This document shows positions 35,301 to 47,043 of a stretch of 64,000 nt of DNA, in pieces. Position 1 is the stretch's first letter. The number at the start of each line of letters is the position of its first letter. The stretch is from Setoptus koraiensis. Its lineage: Eukaryota > Animalia > Arthropoda. The position numbers were made by a program, and so were the translations under genes. The stretch covers positions 9,858,001 through 9,922,000 of the forward strand of contig CM106585.1 in assembly GCA_048013815.1 (NCBI GenBank). The letters are read 5' to 3'. The notes beneath the pieces are model-generated. The model saw only the letters and a program-made list of their open reading frames with translations. It had not been told where the DNA came from and searched no databases.

Positions 35301-36439
35301 AATGTTGTCTGTCCTTTGTATACACTAAATGATAATGAGTTGACGACAATCCCTGAACTTGGGAATTTCTTTGTTACTTCACCCACATAAATACCCAATG
35401 TTTTGTTATGTGGTTCTGGTTCGAAATAATATTTATCATAGTTAATGAAAGGGTCCACCACTTTGGAATTTTTAGACACACTTCGTTCCTCATCGGGGTC
35501 CCATAAACGCTCAGCTCTGGGCTTTATGCAGTATAGAAGAGGCTCCGGTGATTTGAGTGTTTGCCACGGACAAATGGAATCGAAATACCAGGAAAACGAG
35601 AACATAATCAGAGACCAGGAGGCCATCAATAGTAAAGTAACATATACTGATGAACCGTTGTAATCTTTACAATTTACCAGATCAATTTTGGCAGTTATAT
35701 TCAGTTCTTCAATGCGATATTCCGTCCATTTTTTTTCACCTTGGATCATGTGTGTCATAGCCGTTTGCGGTGATATATGAGCCAGTATCTTGGGTATAAG
35801 ATGAAGCGATGGGTCAGTATTATTGCAAATCTTTCGAAAGATCCAACCATTCAGAGTTTCGAGAAGGGGTGCCGGCATCACCAGCATAGCAACATATGAG
35901 TTGTTTACAATGCTGCCAAGAGCAAATACAATACTGGTAAGCTGTATTGGGTACATTATGAAGAATAATGGATATACTCCGATTTGTTCTGTAGTTCCAG
36001 AGAAAAGAATCGTATACATCAAGCCGAAGATTAGACTAATTGGCAATGATATTGTAAGCATGCCAAGCGCCATGCCCAGATTAAATGCGATTTTCTTTAG
36101 GCCCATTGTGTGCATCAATAGGCGGAATCCGTAATGTTTTTCTAAAACGAGTCTGGAAAATGAAAAATAGAAATGTATCCAAAATACTATGAGATTCAGT
36201 GGAGAAGGAATCAGAAACCATCCATTATCGCCAGTGAAAGGACCAACTCTTTTGTTTCTCCCATCGGGATCCTGGAATACTAAGATTAAGGTGAGTATAC
36301 CAAGAAAGAAAATAGGAAGGAATAGTTCCATAAATGTTCTGTAATAGTGTCTCCTTTTCAGGAGGAGAAAGTGTTTATATATGGCCCAGACTTGTTCAAT
36401 TGTCGACGGCCTGATGGCGTATATAGATTTTTCACGCAT
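32378..36439 (-). CDS. ABCA: ABC transporter subfamily A (full transporter, intronless, ~1,353 aa), paralog 1
   Basis: Two NBDs: GHNGAGKTT/LSGGMKRKL/LDEPSSGVDP and GPNGAGKST/LSGGTQRKV/LDEPTAGVDP, with HxMEE motifs and two TM bundles. First in-frame ATG is at 36439; the listed ORF starts at TTG. Confidence 0.93.
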   Translation of the reverse strand: MREKSIYAIRPSTIEQVWAIYKHFLLLKRRHYYRTFMELFLPIFFLGILTLILVFQDPDGRNKRVGPFTGDNGWFLIPSPLNLIVFWIHFYFSFSRLVLEKHYGFRLLMHTMGLKKIAFNLGMALGMLTISLPISLIFGLMYTILFSGTTEQIGVYPLFFIMYPIQLTSIVFALGSIVNNSYVAMLVMPAPLLETLNGWIFRKICNNTDPSLHLIPKILAHISPQTAMTHMIQGEKKWTEYRIEELNITAKIDLVNCKDYNGSSVYVTLLLMASWSLIMFSFSWYFDSICPWQTLKSPEPLLYCIKPRAERLWDPDEERSVSKNSKVVDPFINYDKYYFEPEPHNKTLGIYVGEVTKKFPSSGIVVNSLSFSVYKGQTTLLLGHNGAGKTTLMNMILGNLAPSQGKLYINGYDADTCSEDARIGVGLCPQQSIALDELTVDEHLYLFASIKCNYSGNIKHQHIDTVLESVGLLQHRYKLYSELSGGMKRKLSLALAFVGDSNVLILDEPSSGVDPESRKFIWDSIRKYRSTRTVLLSTQHMEEADYLGDRIAIMSAGKIVCCGSSVFLKRAFGSAYRLRLECKKVSLGTVVSRVKQHFSKAKLDSNDQSHTNQNHQFVDTTIELIPDGDNADDQLIHLFEDLEQNYTSLGIKSFGLKCSTIEDVLLNSAKVFGDKTLLTKDSAALEVETQSSRFALIGYRESAGNFSPFSRIFCAFITKQLLEIYRTPLSTLFFRIILPSLLFYYLAYSFSSKFVFFPTTIVMTFFIGVPLSENVSKFKLMQLCSNASYLSYWLSRFLVDFIYILLYTIIIITCWLLSIDRARIDEYGGLWQLIGVTFTLVLLLHLALLLLAYVISTFCDSISNAGALYILVTNIHSVVSFLVKLVVTLMKLLRPTDESIEVSNIIDYFYYFVPTAVADSAIDHINAISIRNNMAKSLSDLITSEPIVLEGLLDGAIWQALSVLLVQCLVLTITLALVEKLRVDIGSFLSPSAYCINKKPTGRELLDEDVVNEDNRATAIMQNNSALANNALVAVELTKSFSSSVRAVDGLTFAVAKSECFGLLGPNGAGKSTTFNILAGDIFADYGKLVCNNSRPENGIENYRRGIRYDPQSNPDVSITPVEALFFMARLRGVAEERIPSIVNAFMEVLSMQEHRNKSMANLSGGTQRKVSLAMALIGGAPILMLDEPTAGVDPFARRDIWSLLSSLKHKYGSSIIISSHAMEECEAICDRLTILIKGRMRCLGSFQHLRSKFGQGYLIRIQFGSGDISRNTSIETIHNYLNTNLKTQVIQDDSNANMVIFRVLDAKIPRSFILKILRSVKASHKDVSFLLGDSSLEDIFIELAKEQNSAQV

Positions 36440-37613
36440 CGTGGGCAAGGTATTGGCCCAGGGGACCTCGGAGGCTACGTCTCAGGGAATTTCCAAATCT
36501 TAGTAATGTTGTGTATATTTCTCTTCTTCAACCTCATAGTTTTACAAATTATCGAAGAATAGGATGAGATCACGAGATATTTGTTGAATCTTCCGTCTTC
36601 TCGAGGAATGCAGTGGCTCGTGATGCAACAAGAGGTGGGGCGGGTAGACTATTTCAACTCTTGTCACACTAGCTCTGCTGTCGGGCAGACCGGTATCCTA
36701 GCCGGTATTCGGTTTGTTGATGGGTTTATTTTTCTGCTCGATGACAGGGCCAAATGATTCACAACTAAGTAATAAGTCCGGTTATCATGTACCTCGTTCT
36801 CGCTTCTTCGCATATATTTTTTCATAAATCAACAAATCATGGCTAGTGACGCTTGCTTAACTGAAATAATGAGACTGTCAAGCCCGCCCACCTATCCTAA
36901 ATTTAATCGTCTGTCATTGTTTGCTTGACCTCGCAATGTGCCACAAATTGTGTCACAAATTACTATTAAGATAAGCGTACGAGAACTCTATTGGTTGGTT
37001 ACACAGAATCACAGATTTTTCTCACTGCAAACCCACCTTGTAGAATCCGTCTTCTTTGATCAAATTGAAGTCTAACGGTAAAATGAACATTATCGCACGT
37101 CTGCCCTACGTGCTGCTGGGATCGTCCAACCCCAGGAGAGTCCACATTTAACACGCTGAAGTCCGAAATACATGACGCAAATCAACTACAATCTACCAAA
37201 CCAAACAAGCCCAATGAACAGTATATTAATATTCCACAAAAGTCTCCACGTCACTCTCTTTGTCTTACCTGATTGGCACTCTCTACCCTATCATAATTTG
37301 ATAATCAAGTCGATGATGCAACTCATCAATGATATAAACGGCAGAGCTAATTGGTTGTCTGTTTATACTATTAATTCATAACTTAATGCAAGAGCAACGA
37401 ATCATGCTCTGGAAAACCGAATTGAAACTGTAATAAAAGGTCTACATGCACTCACAAAGACTCTAACAAACTAAGGAGAAATCCCAGCAGATCTTGCGTC
37501 GTTCCGCAAATGAAATGAAAGTCCCGTTGACGATCATCAAAATAAGCAAATACAACCGAAATTTGTGTTTCCACAACTTTAAAAAATCGCGCATCTAGAT
37601 CTTTTTTGCCCCT

Positions 37614-37684
37614 ATAGATAGATTCTAATGAATAGATAGACAGATTCTGATGAATAGATAGATAGATTCTAATGAATAGATAGG
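37614..37684. repeat. Minisatellite, ~3 x 22 bp (TAGATAGATTCTAATGAATAGA)
   Basis: Read directly from the sequence. Confidence 0.8.
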
Positions 37685-38656
37685 ATTACGCACGACCCAG
37701 AATCAAATCGCTCTTACTCATGCAACGCTCTTCATATTGCACACAGGCACAGAACGCTCGAGAGATTTGAGTGAGCGGCTTGTGTTGCAGCTTCTGAGTC
37801 TATATGCTGTGTGCGTGATTGATCTGCTGAATGTGTTCCACGTCTGTGCCCAGATCACGATTTGTGCCAGCATGGCACCCACTGTTCGTTGCAAAAGAAA
37901 GCACTGGATGTTACCGAGGTGACTTGTGCACGGGTCTTGCATCAATCCCTGGTAGTTGGTGTGCTATTTAACTACTGGCCATTTTTTAATTGAGTTTGCT
38001 CCATAGAGAACCTAAACTACACAGTACCCTAGTATCTGATGTCCATCTCAGAGACAAACTGATAATACCCACCCAGTTGTTCACAGTTGTATAGTTGTAA
38101 TTGTATAGTAATGGTTGTTACAAAAGTTGAGCGGTGGGCAAGCTCAGATTACAGCATTATAAGACCATTATCACCATGGCACACTTAAACGAGCAATGAG
38201 ACAACAATGTCGCAACATGCGCTGATGTTGTGCAACGTCGCAACAAAATCGTTGTCTAGAAACATGTAAATTTGCTTAACAATCGTTGATTATAGCTTAT
38301 AATTTGTTAGTGAGCAAAGTTTCACTACGAGGCCTATGAATGGTTAAACAGAATAGACCTTCGACTATTTTGTCACTTGATTTGTCGCTAGTCTAGCGTA
38401 CAAACAGAAATTGATTTGCCACAGCGCGCTGACTATATCAAGCTAATTAATATTACTTGAGATGGTGTCATTGTGTTGTTGTTGACACAATCATGGACTT
38501 ATTGTGACATTGCCATTGGCCCACACATAGTTGTTAATAAATCAACAACAAATTGGTATTGTTCAAAACAATGCAGCTCAAAGTTGTTCCCATGATTGAG
38601 CCCAGCATGCTGAAATTAATGGTGTGTGCTGTTAACATTAAGCACTTTTTTATTAC

Positions 38657-38682
38657 AGAGAGAGAGAGAGAGAGAGGAGGAG

Positions 38683-38722
<40 letters not shown>
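38657..38722. repeat. (AG)n microsatellite with a GGA interruption
   Basis: Read directly. Lies ~1.8 kb upstream of the atrophin ATG. Confidence 0.95.
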
Positions 38723-38730
<8 letters not shown>

Positions 38731-40532
38731 CGAATGAGGATCAGTTGTACATGACGTCCAGAGGAACGTCCGGCCACCACTTTGACTGTTAGTGCATGTG
38801 TGTCTGTTAGTCATAAACCAGCATCGGTAACGATGAATCAACCGTTGGCTTGCGATTATATAGTTATTGGACGCTCTTTCGATGTTGCACTTTGGAAGTT
38901 TCGAATTTGAAGTTTGAATAGTACAGTATATATAATATATCAAATAAAGTTAAGTATTTGTTGAGTGTTCGAGAGCACAGCCAGAATTAAAATAAACACA
39001 AACGTTTGTACGAGCACACGCATTGACTGTAAAAGTTTTACAGTGAAACAGTACATTATATCGGGTGCGACAAACTACTAATCAATCTGTAGGGGCCCCT
39101 GTGCTGCACTCGTGCACAGAGCGTGTCAGATTAGCTGCGCTGTTCCGGTTCTAATTGAATTATGTGTGTTGTTGAAGCTTGCACAGTGTGCCCAAAATCA
39201 ACACAATATATTTAGCGTAGTCTGTGCTTGGGCACGAACTGTGCCCACGCAGAGCACACTGTGTGTTTTATAAGGATGCACTGTGTAAGGCATCGTAGCT
39301 TAATATGTTGAAATTTGCCCAATGATTCTCACACCCTGTATCCTCTATCCGATAGACTCTATCGTTCTTGCGTGACACACACACATTGGTCGACGAAAGC
39401 TCACAAGCACATTGACACATGCACATGCACAAAAGCACCCAGACACACAAAAACACCGTGAAGAGAATTCAAGAGAGAAAGCACACAAGCACTAGCGCAG
39501 AAACAGAAGGTTCAATAGAAGGTGTGAGTGATTGATCTGATTTGTTAAGAGGGAAAATAATTCTTTTTCTTTTTTCTTCTTCGCTCATTTGCAAATGCAC
39601 ACTAACACTGGATAATTATCATGATTATTTTGATCACCACCTATCGAAGATGAACAGCGCCACATATTTTATTATTATATTACTGAAAAATAATTAATAT
39701 AGGCACACATTTAAATAATAATAATATAATTTTTATTTATTACCAAAAAAAGAAGAATAACATTTATTACATCATAAGATTATATTATACATATTGGTGG
39801 TATAATATGCATCGTCATTATTAGGCAATAACATACCACGATAAATAACATCCAAGATAATAATAATGATAAAGATTCTATGTGCGTGAGTGCGTGCATT
39901 TGTTCGTTAGTTCGATCGTTTATTCTGCATGATGACATGAATTGTTGTTCTATGCTGAGATAGTATTTTTTGATTGGTAATATTATCAGCATCAATATCA
40001 TCGATATTACCAACTTTTCGCTATCTCAATTACAATTATCCGTATTATTATCAATATTTTAATTAGTAAAATCACCATTATTATAAATAATACTATTATT
40101 AGATCCAACAGTAAAAGAAAAAGTAGATCATCGTTATTGTACAATATTTAGCATTGGAGATTATAGCAACCTATTGATTTATATTATTATCAAGTGTATT
40201 TGAAATTTTTCACCACAGAAAATTTTATTAATTTTAAAAAAAGCCCAAACCAACCTACAAAATGCACAAGAATGAAGAACAAACTTCGGGCACGACAAAC
40301 CACAATATTGGCTGACCCAAAATAAAATGATTTCTGAATATGCTAGGCACTTCCATTGTATTATTAGCAAATACATATTCAATCATTTCGGCATCAACGA
40401 ATTCTATAGCATCTAGCAGTCTCCTATCACTGGTACCAACCCGAAGATAGTCACTAGTTGAACTGCTATAATTTCACAAATCATCATCAGCATTGTTATA
40501 ATCATTGGAATTCTATTGTTGTAATCCAAAAT

Positions 40533-43500
40533 ATGGCTACCTTAAAACAGCCATCAGGTAACAGTAATTCTAGCAATGCTAATAATAATAACAACAATAG
40601 CAATGCAGCTACATCCTTAACTACATCCATATCATCAGCAACTGTAGCTTCCAGTAATGTGGCTAGTGCTACATCAATATCTTCCTCAGTTACTAATACA
40701 AGTTCAACTGCTATCAATAATAATAATAGTGTATCATCGTCTTCATCTGGTAGTGGTGGCAGTAGTAGTAGTAGTAGCAGTAGTAGTAGTAGTAATAGCA
40801 GTAATAAATCAGCGACAACAAACGAACCTTGTAAATTATCTACGGGCGACACCAATAACAAGAATCTTCATTGTAACTCAGATGACATGATTGGCAAAGA
40901 TAGAATCAAGATAGAGAATAGCAATGACAAAATCAATAGTAGTGATGGCTCTTACTGTCAATCAACATCATCAACTATTACAAAGTCATCCATAATATCA
41001 AATCATATGATCTCGTCTAGCCATGATAACAGAAAAAAAGGTACTAGCCGCAGCCAATTGAATGACGATGATACAAGCAATTTTGAATGCGCTGAGAGGG
41101 ACACAGCTAGTTTAGTTACTGACATCATAGGCAAAAATAAAGCTAATAGTTTAAGTAATTCAGTGCCTCACATTGGTATCGTCGCTAGTAATGGTAATCT
41201 AAATCTGGACGAATTGAAAAATGATGATTTACTTGCCGAACTCAGATGGACACCAACTGTACCTGATTGTGATCTCATGATGTATCTGAGAGCCGCCCGC
41301 AGCATGGCCGCCTTTGCAGGTATGTGCGATGGATCTGCTGACGATGGATACACTGCAGCCACTAGAGATGATACAACCATCAATGCATTGGAATTATTGC
41401 ACGAATGCAGTTATCATACTGGTGAAGCGTTGCAAGCACTAGTCAAAAATCCTATACCGAAGGGGGTAGATAAAAAATGGACTGAAGATGAGCAGAAACG
41501 TTTCGTCAAAGGCTTAAGGCAGCATGGTTAGTATTTATGTCTTATAACGATATAATTCATCAGCTATTGATGCTACTTAATTTTGACATGATTGAATTGC
41601 CTGAATATTTATAATTATTATTATTATAATACTAAAACTATACTAATTCAAATTTCACACTCTTATCATACTCAAATCATTCTTTTCTCAGGTAAAAATT
41701 TCTTTAAGATACGCAAAGAATTATTATCACACAAAGAAACATCTGACCTAGTCGAGCATTATTATCTCTCGAAAAAGACCCCTCAAATTTCAGGATCAAG
41801 ACTTAACAGGAGAAGAAGGAATGTATTGAAGCGAATGAAATCTTCCAAGAGTTCAAAGATTGACGAAAGTAGTAGAGATCAAGGAGAATGTGCCTCATCG
41901 GATGAGAGTGGTGAAGCTAGCAATGATAATGAAGATAACACCACTTCATACGGCAATGAACTATCTCAGACTACCAATAAAGAAGAATCCTCGCCTGTGC
42001 CCGCCACAGAGATTGACACATGCAGGTCTAGTCTCAATCAGTTGGAAAACAATGTAGAAAGCAACAATCACACCGCAGAACCATCGAACGAAGATAATAT
42101 TAATCATACTGATACCCTGAAAATGGAGGAAATCAGCAACGAAGCTGAGGAGGACAGTAAAAATAAAGATCCTGTTGATTGCGAACCAACAATCGTTGAT
42201 GCACCCACACCTTCGGTTAAAGATTGCCCCACTCCTGAGCCGTCCACAGAAAACACAAAACCAGATAGAAACGAAGATGATTTAATTGAGCCAAAGATTG
42301 AATATGACGCGCCCCAAAAGACAGCAGTCAAGCGACCTTCTTCATCTAGTCCTCAAAATCACGTCAAGATAGAACGAGCTAACACCGCTGAATCTTGTCA
42401 CAAAAAATCTTTAGATGAGCGTGATATAAACGCTCAATGTCCGGAGAAGCAACGTAAAGTTTCTAAACACAGTAGTGCCTCTAGACAATCACCCAGTATA
42501 GTGTCGCCACCGCCTCCCGGAACAAGTCGCTCATCTCAGTCGCAACCTTCAAACCAGCAACCACATATGACTCAGCAGAATGTCCCCTTGCCAATCGGAC
42601 AAACTCCTTTTCCTCATCCTCTTCCTCCTGGATCTTTACCTTTTCCGTTCAATCCTTTCTGGAATTTCAACGCTAGACCAGGGCAACCAGGATCCCTTCC
42701 ATTTTTACCTCCGGGATTTCCCAATCTTTCCTTCCCGGGAATTCCATTATCATCGCCACATGGTCCCGCAAACTCAGCAGGGAAACTGCCCAATGATTCT
42801 ACTCTAAATTCAGGACTAGGGCCAATTCCTGGACTAGCCCCAGGATTGCCACCCCCGCCTGCCACTGGAAAACCAAGTAGCTCAAATAGAAGCAATAACC
42901 CAATGAACGCGACATCTCCATTGCATTTAGGCCAGATGCCACTACCATGTCCTCCTAGCACAGCCGGAAATCCTTGCCCTATGCTAAGTCCCCACATTTC
43001 TGGATCTTCACCTCATACTCCCATGGTACACTTACAATCAATGAGCATGTCACCGCATCATTCAAGCCAATCAAACAATCAAGGGCCCCCTCCAAATAAA
43101 CAACGCGACTCATCTGGATCTAGGAGTCATCACTCAAAACAACATACATCGTCCGACGATCAAGGAAGGTTTAGGAATCTCAATGAATTCCCGTTACAAG
43201 ACCAACGAGTGAATAAACAGCCGACACCTGAACCGACTCCAGACAACACAAGATTGTGGGCTTACGAAAATGCCTTATTTATCAAAGTTATCAATAGAGG
43301 AGAGGGTCATGGATCTTGTGCAAGAACTGACCTTATCTTTCGGCCAGCGCCGGATTCTGCTTGGGATAAACGATGTCAGGAAAGACGACGTAGAGTCGAG
43401 GAAAAAGAGTTTGTTGAGAAAAAGAGAGTTGGCAATGACAGGGAAAATCAAGTTATGCATCATCATCATCAACAACAAATGAATCAGCGCGACCAGGTAC

Positions 43501-44918
43501 AACAGAATCCTAACATCATTTCTACACACGGCTCTCCCCACCATCCTCACTCTATTGCTGGCCAAATAGAAAGACACCACCATCAACAGCAGCAACAGCA
43601 ACAACAGCATCAGCAACAACAACAGCAACAACAACAGCAACAACAACAACAACATCAGCAGCAACAACAGCAGCAACAACTACAGCAGATTCAACAGCAA
43701 CAGCACCATCATCAGCAGCAGCAGCAACATCACCAACAACAACATCACCAACAACAACATCAGCAACAACAACAGCACCATCAGCAGCAACAGCCGCATC
43801 ACCATCAACAGCAACAACAGCATCATCAGCAGCAACAACAACAACAACAACAACAGCATCAACAGCAACAACTCCAGCAGCAACCGCCACCACAACAACA
43901 GTTACATCAACCACCGCAGCCACCACAGCCTCAAAGGCCTCCAGGTTTCCCAAATGAACCTCCATTCAATATGAGACAATCACCTGGAGACTTTACTCGA
44001 CCACACACTGCTTTCTCACCCGTGGGTGCATATCCACCTAGAGGCACGCCAAACAATATGCCTAGTGTTTTTCCTAACATCTCCAGTCTGCCTAATTTGC
44101 CGAATCTCCCTCCTATACCTGGTCTACCACCAATAGATCCCTTGCTACAGTATCCCTTTAACGCACCCGGTATACGGGAGAGACTGGAGCAAGAGGATCG
44201 AGAAAAGCGTGAGATGGAATTCAGGCGTATTACTCAAGCTCTGAGCTTAGAATATTGTCTTGGACTCCAACCAAACCTGAATAATCTTGAAATGCAAAGA
44301 AGGTTTGCCAATCTTGCTGGCCAACATCCATCATTTATGCCTCCAGTATCGACAAGCGGCGGATCACAACCAGGCCCAACTGGTAACCCACCGAATCCAC
44401 CGAACTCTGCTCTTGGAAATCTGCATCCCTCATTCAACATGTTCTCCTCGGGGGAACGCGACGCCTTCAACAATGATCGTCTACATCAGGAAAGAATAGC
44501 TAATCTTCCAAATGACCCTCTTCTGAGGTTGCAATTAGCTCAAGCGGCTGGTGGTCACTGTCCGCCCGATATTCAAGCGGCAGCAGCTGCGCATCTGTCT
44601 CATTTCAACCAACAAGAAGCTGCTGCAGCCGCAAGTCTGGGTTTACCTCCCCCACCTCACTCTCAACCCGATGCTTCTTGTAATGGACCCCATTCTTCAC
44701 TGCTTCCTCCCGGATTTCCAGGAGGTCCTGGGCCGAGACCCTCTCCCTTGATGCCCAACAGAGATATGTTCTTACCACCTGGTTTTCACGATCAACAAGC
44801 TGCGCTTGCACAATTTTCAATGAATGAACAACGTGCTGCTGAATTCGCCCGTCAGTATCTACTTGAACAGCAGATGCAAGCTCAAAATCCATTCATATCG
44901 AGAGAGTTCTTCAGGTGA
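40533..44918 (+). CDS. RERE: Atrophin / RERE / Grunge transcriptional corepressor
   Basis: ELM2 ([23 protein letters not shown]...RDDTT) and SANT ([17 protein letters not shown]|[11 protein letters not shown]) are joined across intron 41527-41691 (GT..AG, phase 1). Atrophin-1 motif SCARTDLIF is present. The end may be spliced further (donor-like AG|GTGATT at ~44915), and extra 5' exons are possible. Confidence 0.92.
43575..43900 (+). repeat. CAA/CAG/CAT polyQ-His tract in atrophin
   Basis: About 100 codons, almost all Gln or His. Confidence 0.95.
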
Positions 44919-46437
44919 TTCGGTCATTGTGGTGCAGGTAGTGACTGATTCAGTAGATACGGCAACTTTCTTCGAATCTTGGACAATCTCAGATTACTTG
45001 AGTTCATGACATAGACAAAAAGGTCTGCGATTGTGCAATATAACTCAACCATCGGGCCGCAAAACTTGGATTACATGAGATGGAGTTTGCGCTTACGATA
45101 TAATACTTGGCGATGATTGAAGCTAGATGCAAGGTCATCAAAAATATAAAATACTTGATATTTGAAAAAAATAATATCTCATTCATTCACGCCTTTGGGT
45201 TTATATATATTTGTAATTATTTCTGTGAAGAGACCCCCCCCCCTGAATATTTTTAACACTATATCGTGACCTATATAAAGAATGACAATTATCATGTAGT
45301 GGTTGCGCGCAGTCACGCTTACTGACAAATCCTGTCTTATTTTGTAACTGACATTTATCTTATTTCTATGAGACCCATTGTGGTCCCTCGGTAATTCGAC
45401 ACCGATTCGAATTAACGATGTAGGATTGACATTAACAAATGCAGCTATCGCATTTGATATTGGCTAAACGTCCGCACACGACTGAACAACATTGCGATGG
45501 TAAACTTTAAAATGATAATTGGCGATTGACACATAACACAACAATTGTATAATTGTTGTGGATGGATAACAGCGGGTATGCAATTGGGCGCGGGTAATTG
45601 CTGGTGGTGGATATGTGATTATTGTGGCGTTTGATGCGATGATGATTTTGGAATACCTCTTGATAAGTATTTAGCGATGACGCAGGCGGAAACGACAATC
45701 GTGGCGTCATAGCAAAAGGACATACCAAAACTGAGAAAAAAAAATGGTCATAGAGTCGTAATGTGTCATCTATGTGTGAACTCTTAGTGTTGTGGGGCAG
45801 GTACTAAATAAACTAATAATTTAACTGATAATTGATTATTGATCAAGTCTCGCGGATTGTCTCACTCGGTCGTCTGCATGACTGCTTCGCCTCATCTAAC
45901 GTATGCCATATTTAATACTGCTAGTACTACAGGTCTCTCTGACTAACATGTATGCTCAGTAAAAATATCGTCTGGCTCGGTCGTTCGTATGAAGACTTCG
46001 TTTCACCCAAATATCTTGAATAATAAAGGAAATAAAATTAATCAAAAATGCCATCGAGAAAGCATTGATCAATTCTATGTAACCTTCCTTTTTTGTTTAT
46101 TGCCTCAGCGTCACCGGAGTGGTCATCAAAACCTGGTAAGGAAGCCAAGGCTCCCAAAGTATCCCCAGGACGATCCGAAACAATGGAGTCAAAGCAATCA
46201 ACTTCCAAAAAAGCAAGAACAAAGTAAATAGAGCAAAGCCAGTCGCCCAATATAACTCTATGGTAGGGATAAGCTTCCTGGATGCGCTAACGACGCTAGC
46301 CTAACGTATCAAAATCAAAAGTGTTACGAAGAACACTCCAAAGACGTTTGGAGCCCACAGTAGCTTCAAGAGAAGGGTTCTATTCTGCTCGTCGGACTCT
46401 TGGTATAAAAGACAAACGAAAGAAGAACGCAAAGAAA

Positions 46438-46684
46438 ATAATTGCCATGTCTATTTTATCAGTGAGACAAAGTATACTAGCGACATAGTATTGGTCGCAT
46501 CCTACTACGGTACGAAGTACATTGGCTGCCAACACGAAATAATGAATCATTATTAATGATAGACGCATTATATTCCGATCCGTTCCTCATAGCGGCCAAT
46601 TTGCTTCGTACCGTAGTAAAATGTCGACCAATATCATTTAGCTAGTATACTTTGTCTCACTGATGAAATATACGTGGCAGTTAT
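46438..46684. other. Long imperfect inverted repeat or hairpin (~90-bp stem, ~60-nt loop)
   Basis: 46458-46481 is the exact reverse complement of 46641-46664, and 46503-46517 of 46604-46618. Pairing extends outward to ~46438/46684 and inward to 46529/46592. Confidence 0.9.
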
Positions 46685-47043
46685 GTGCTTCACCTGGGAA
46701 ACCTGCTTGAAACATTCAATCGACTCGGCAGGAGTGTATGTTGGAGATCAGCAGATATCACTACTGTTCACAGTATTGAATAAAAGCCAAGGATTCTATC
46801 GACTACCGATACGAGGCCTTGTTTGTCAGTTAATTTTGTTGTCGTTTATTGTTACTATAGTACTTGGAGCCAGCGTCAGATACGGCTACTTGGTTCGAAA
46901 GAAAACACCAATCAAGCTTGGTATAAAAAAAAACTGTAACCTTGTAATAAAGATACAAAGATTTAACTATCGCATGACATTATGACTCTTCGTTATGATA
47001 ATCTATATCTATTTCCCGATAAACGAGCAACAAAAGTTTTTAT

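Noticed and set aside
38553-38943. ORFs with ERERER / SLSLSL runs (also 62603-62830)
   Set aside because: Translations of (AG)n microsatellites.
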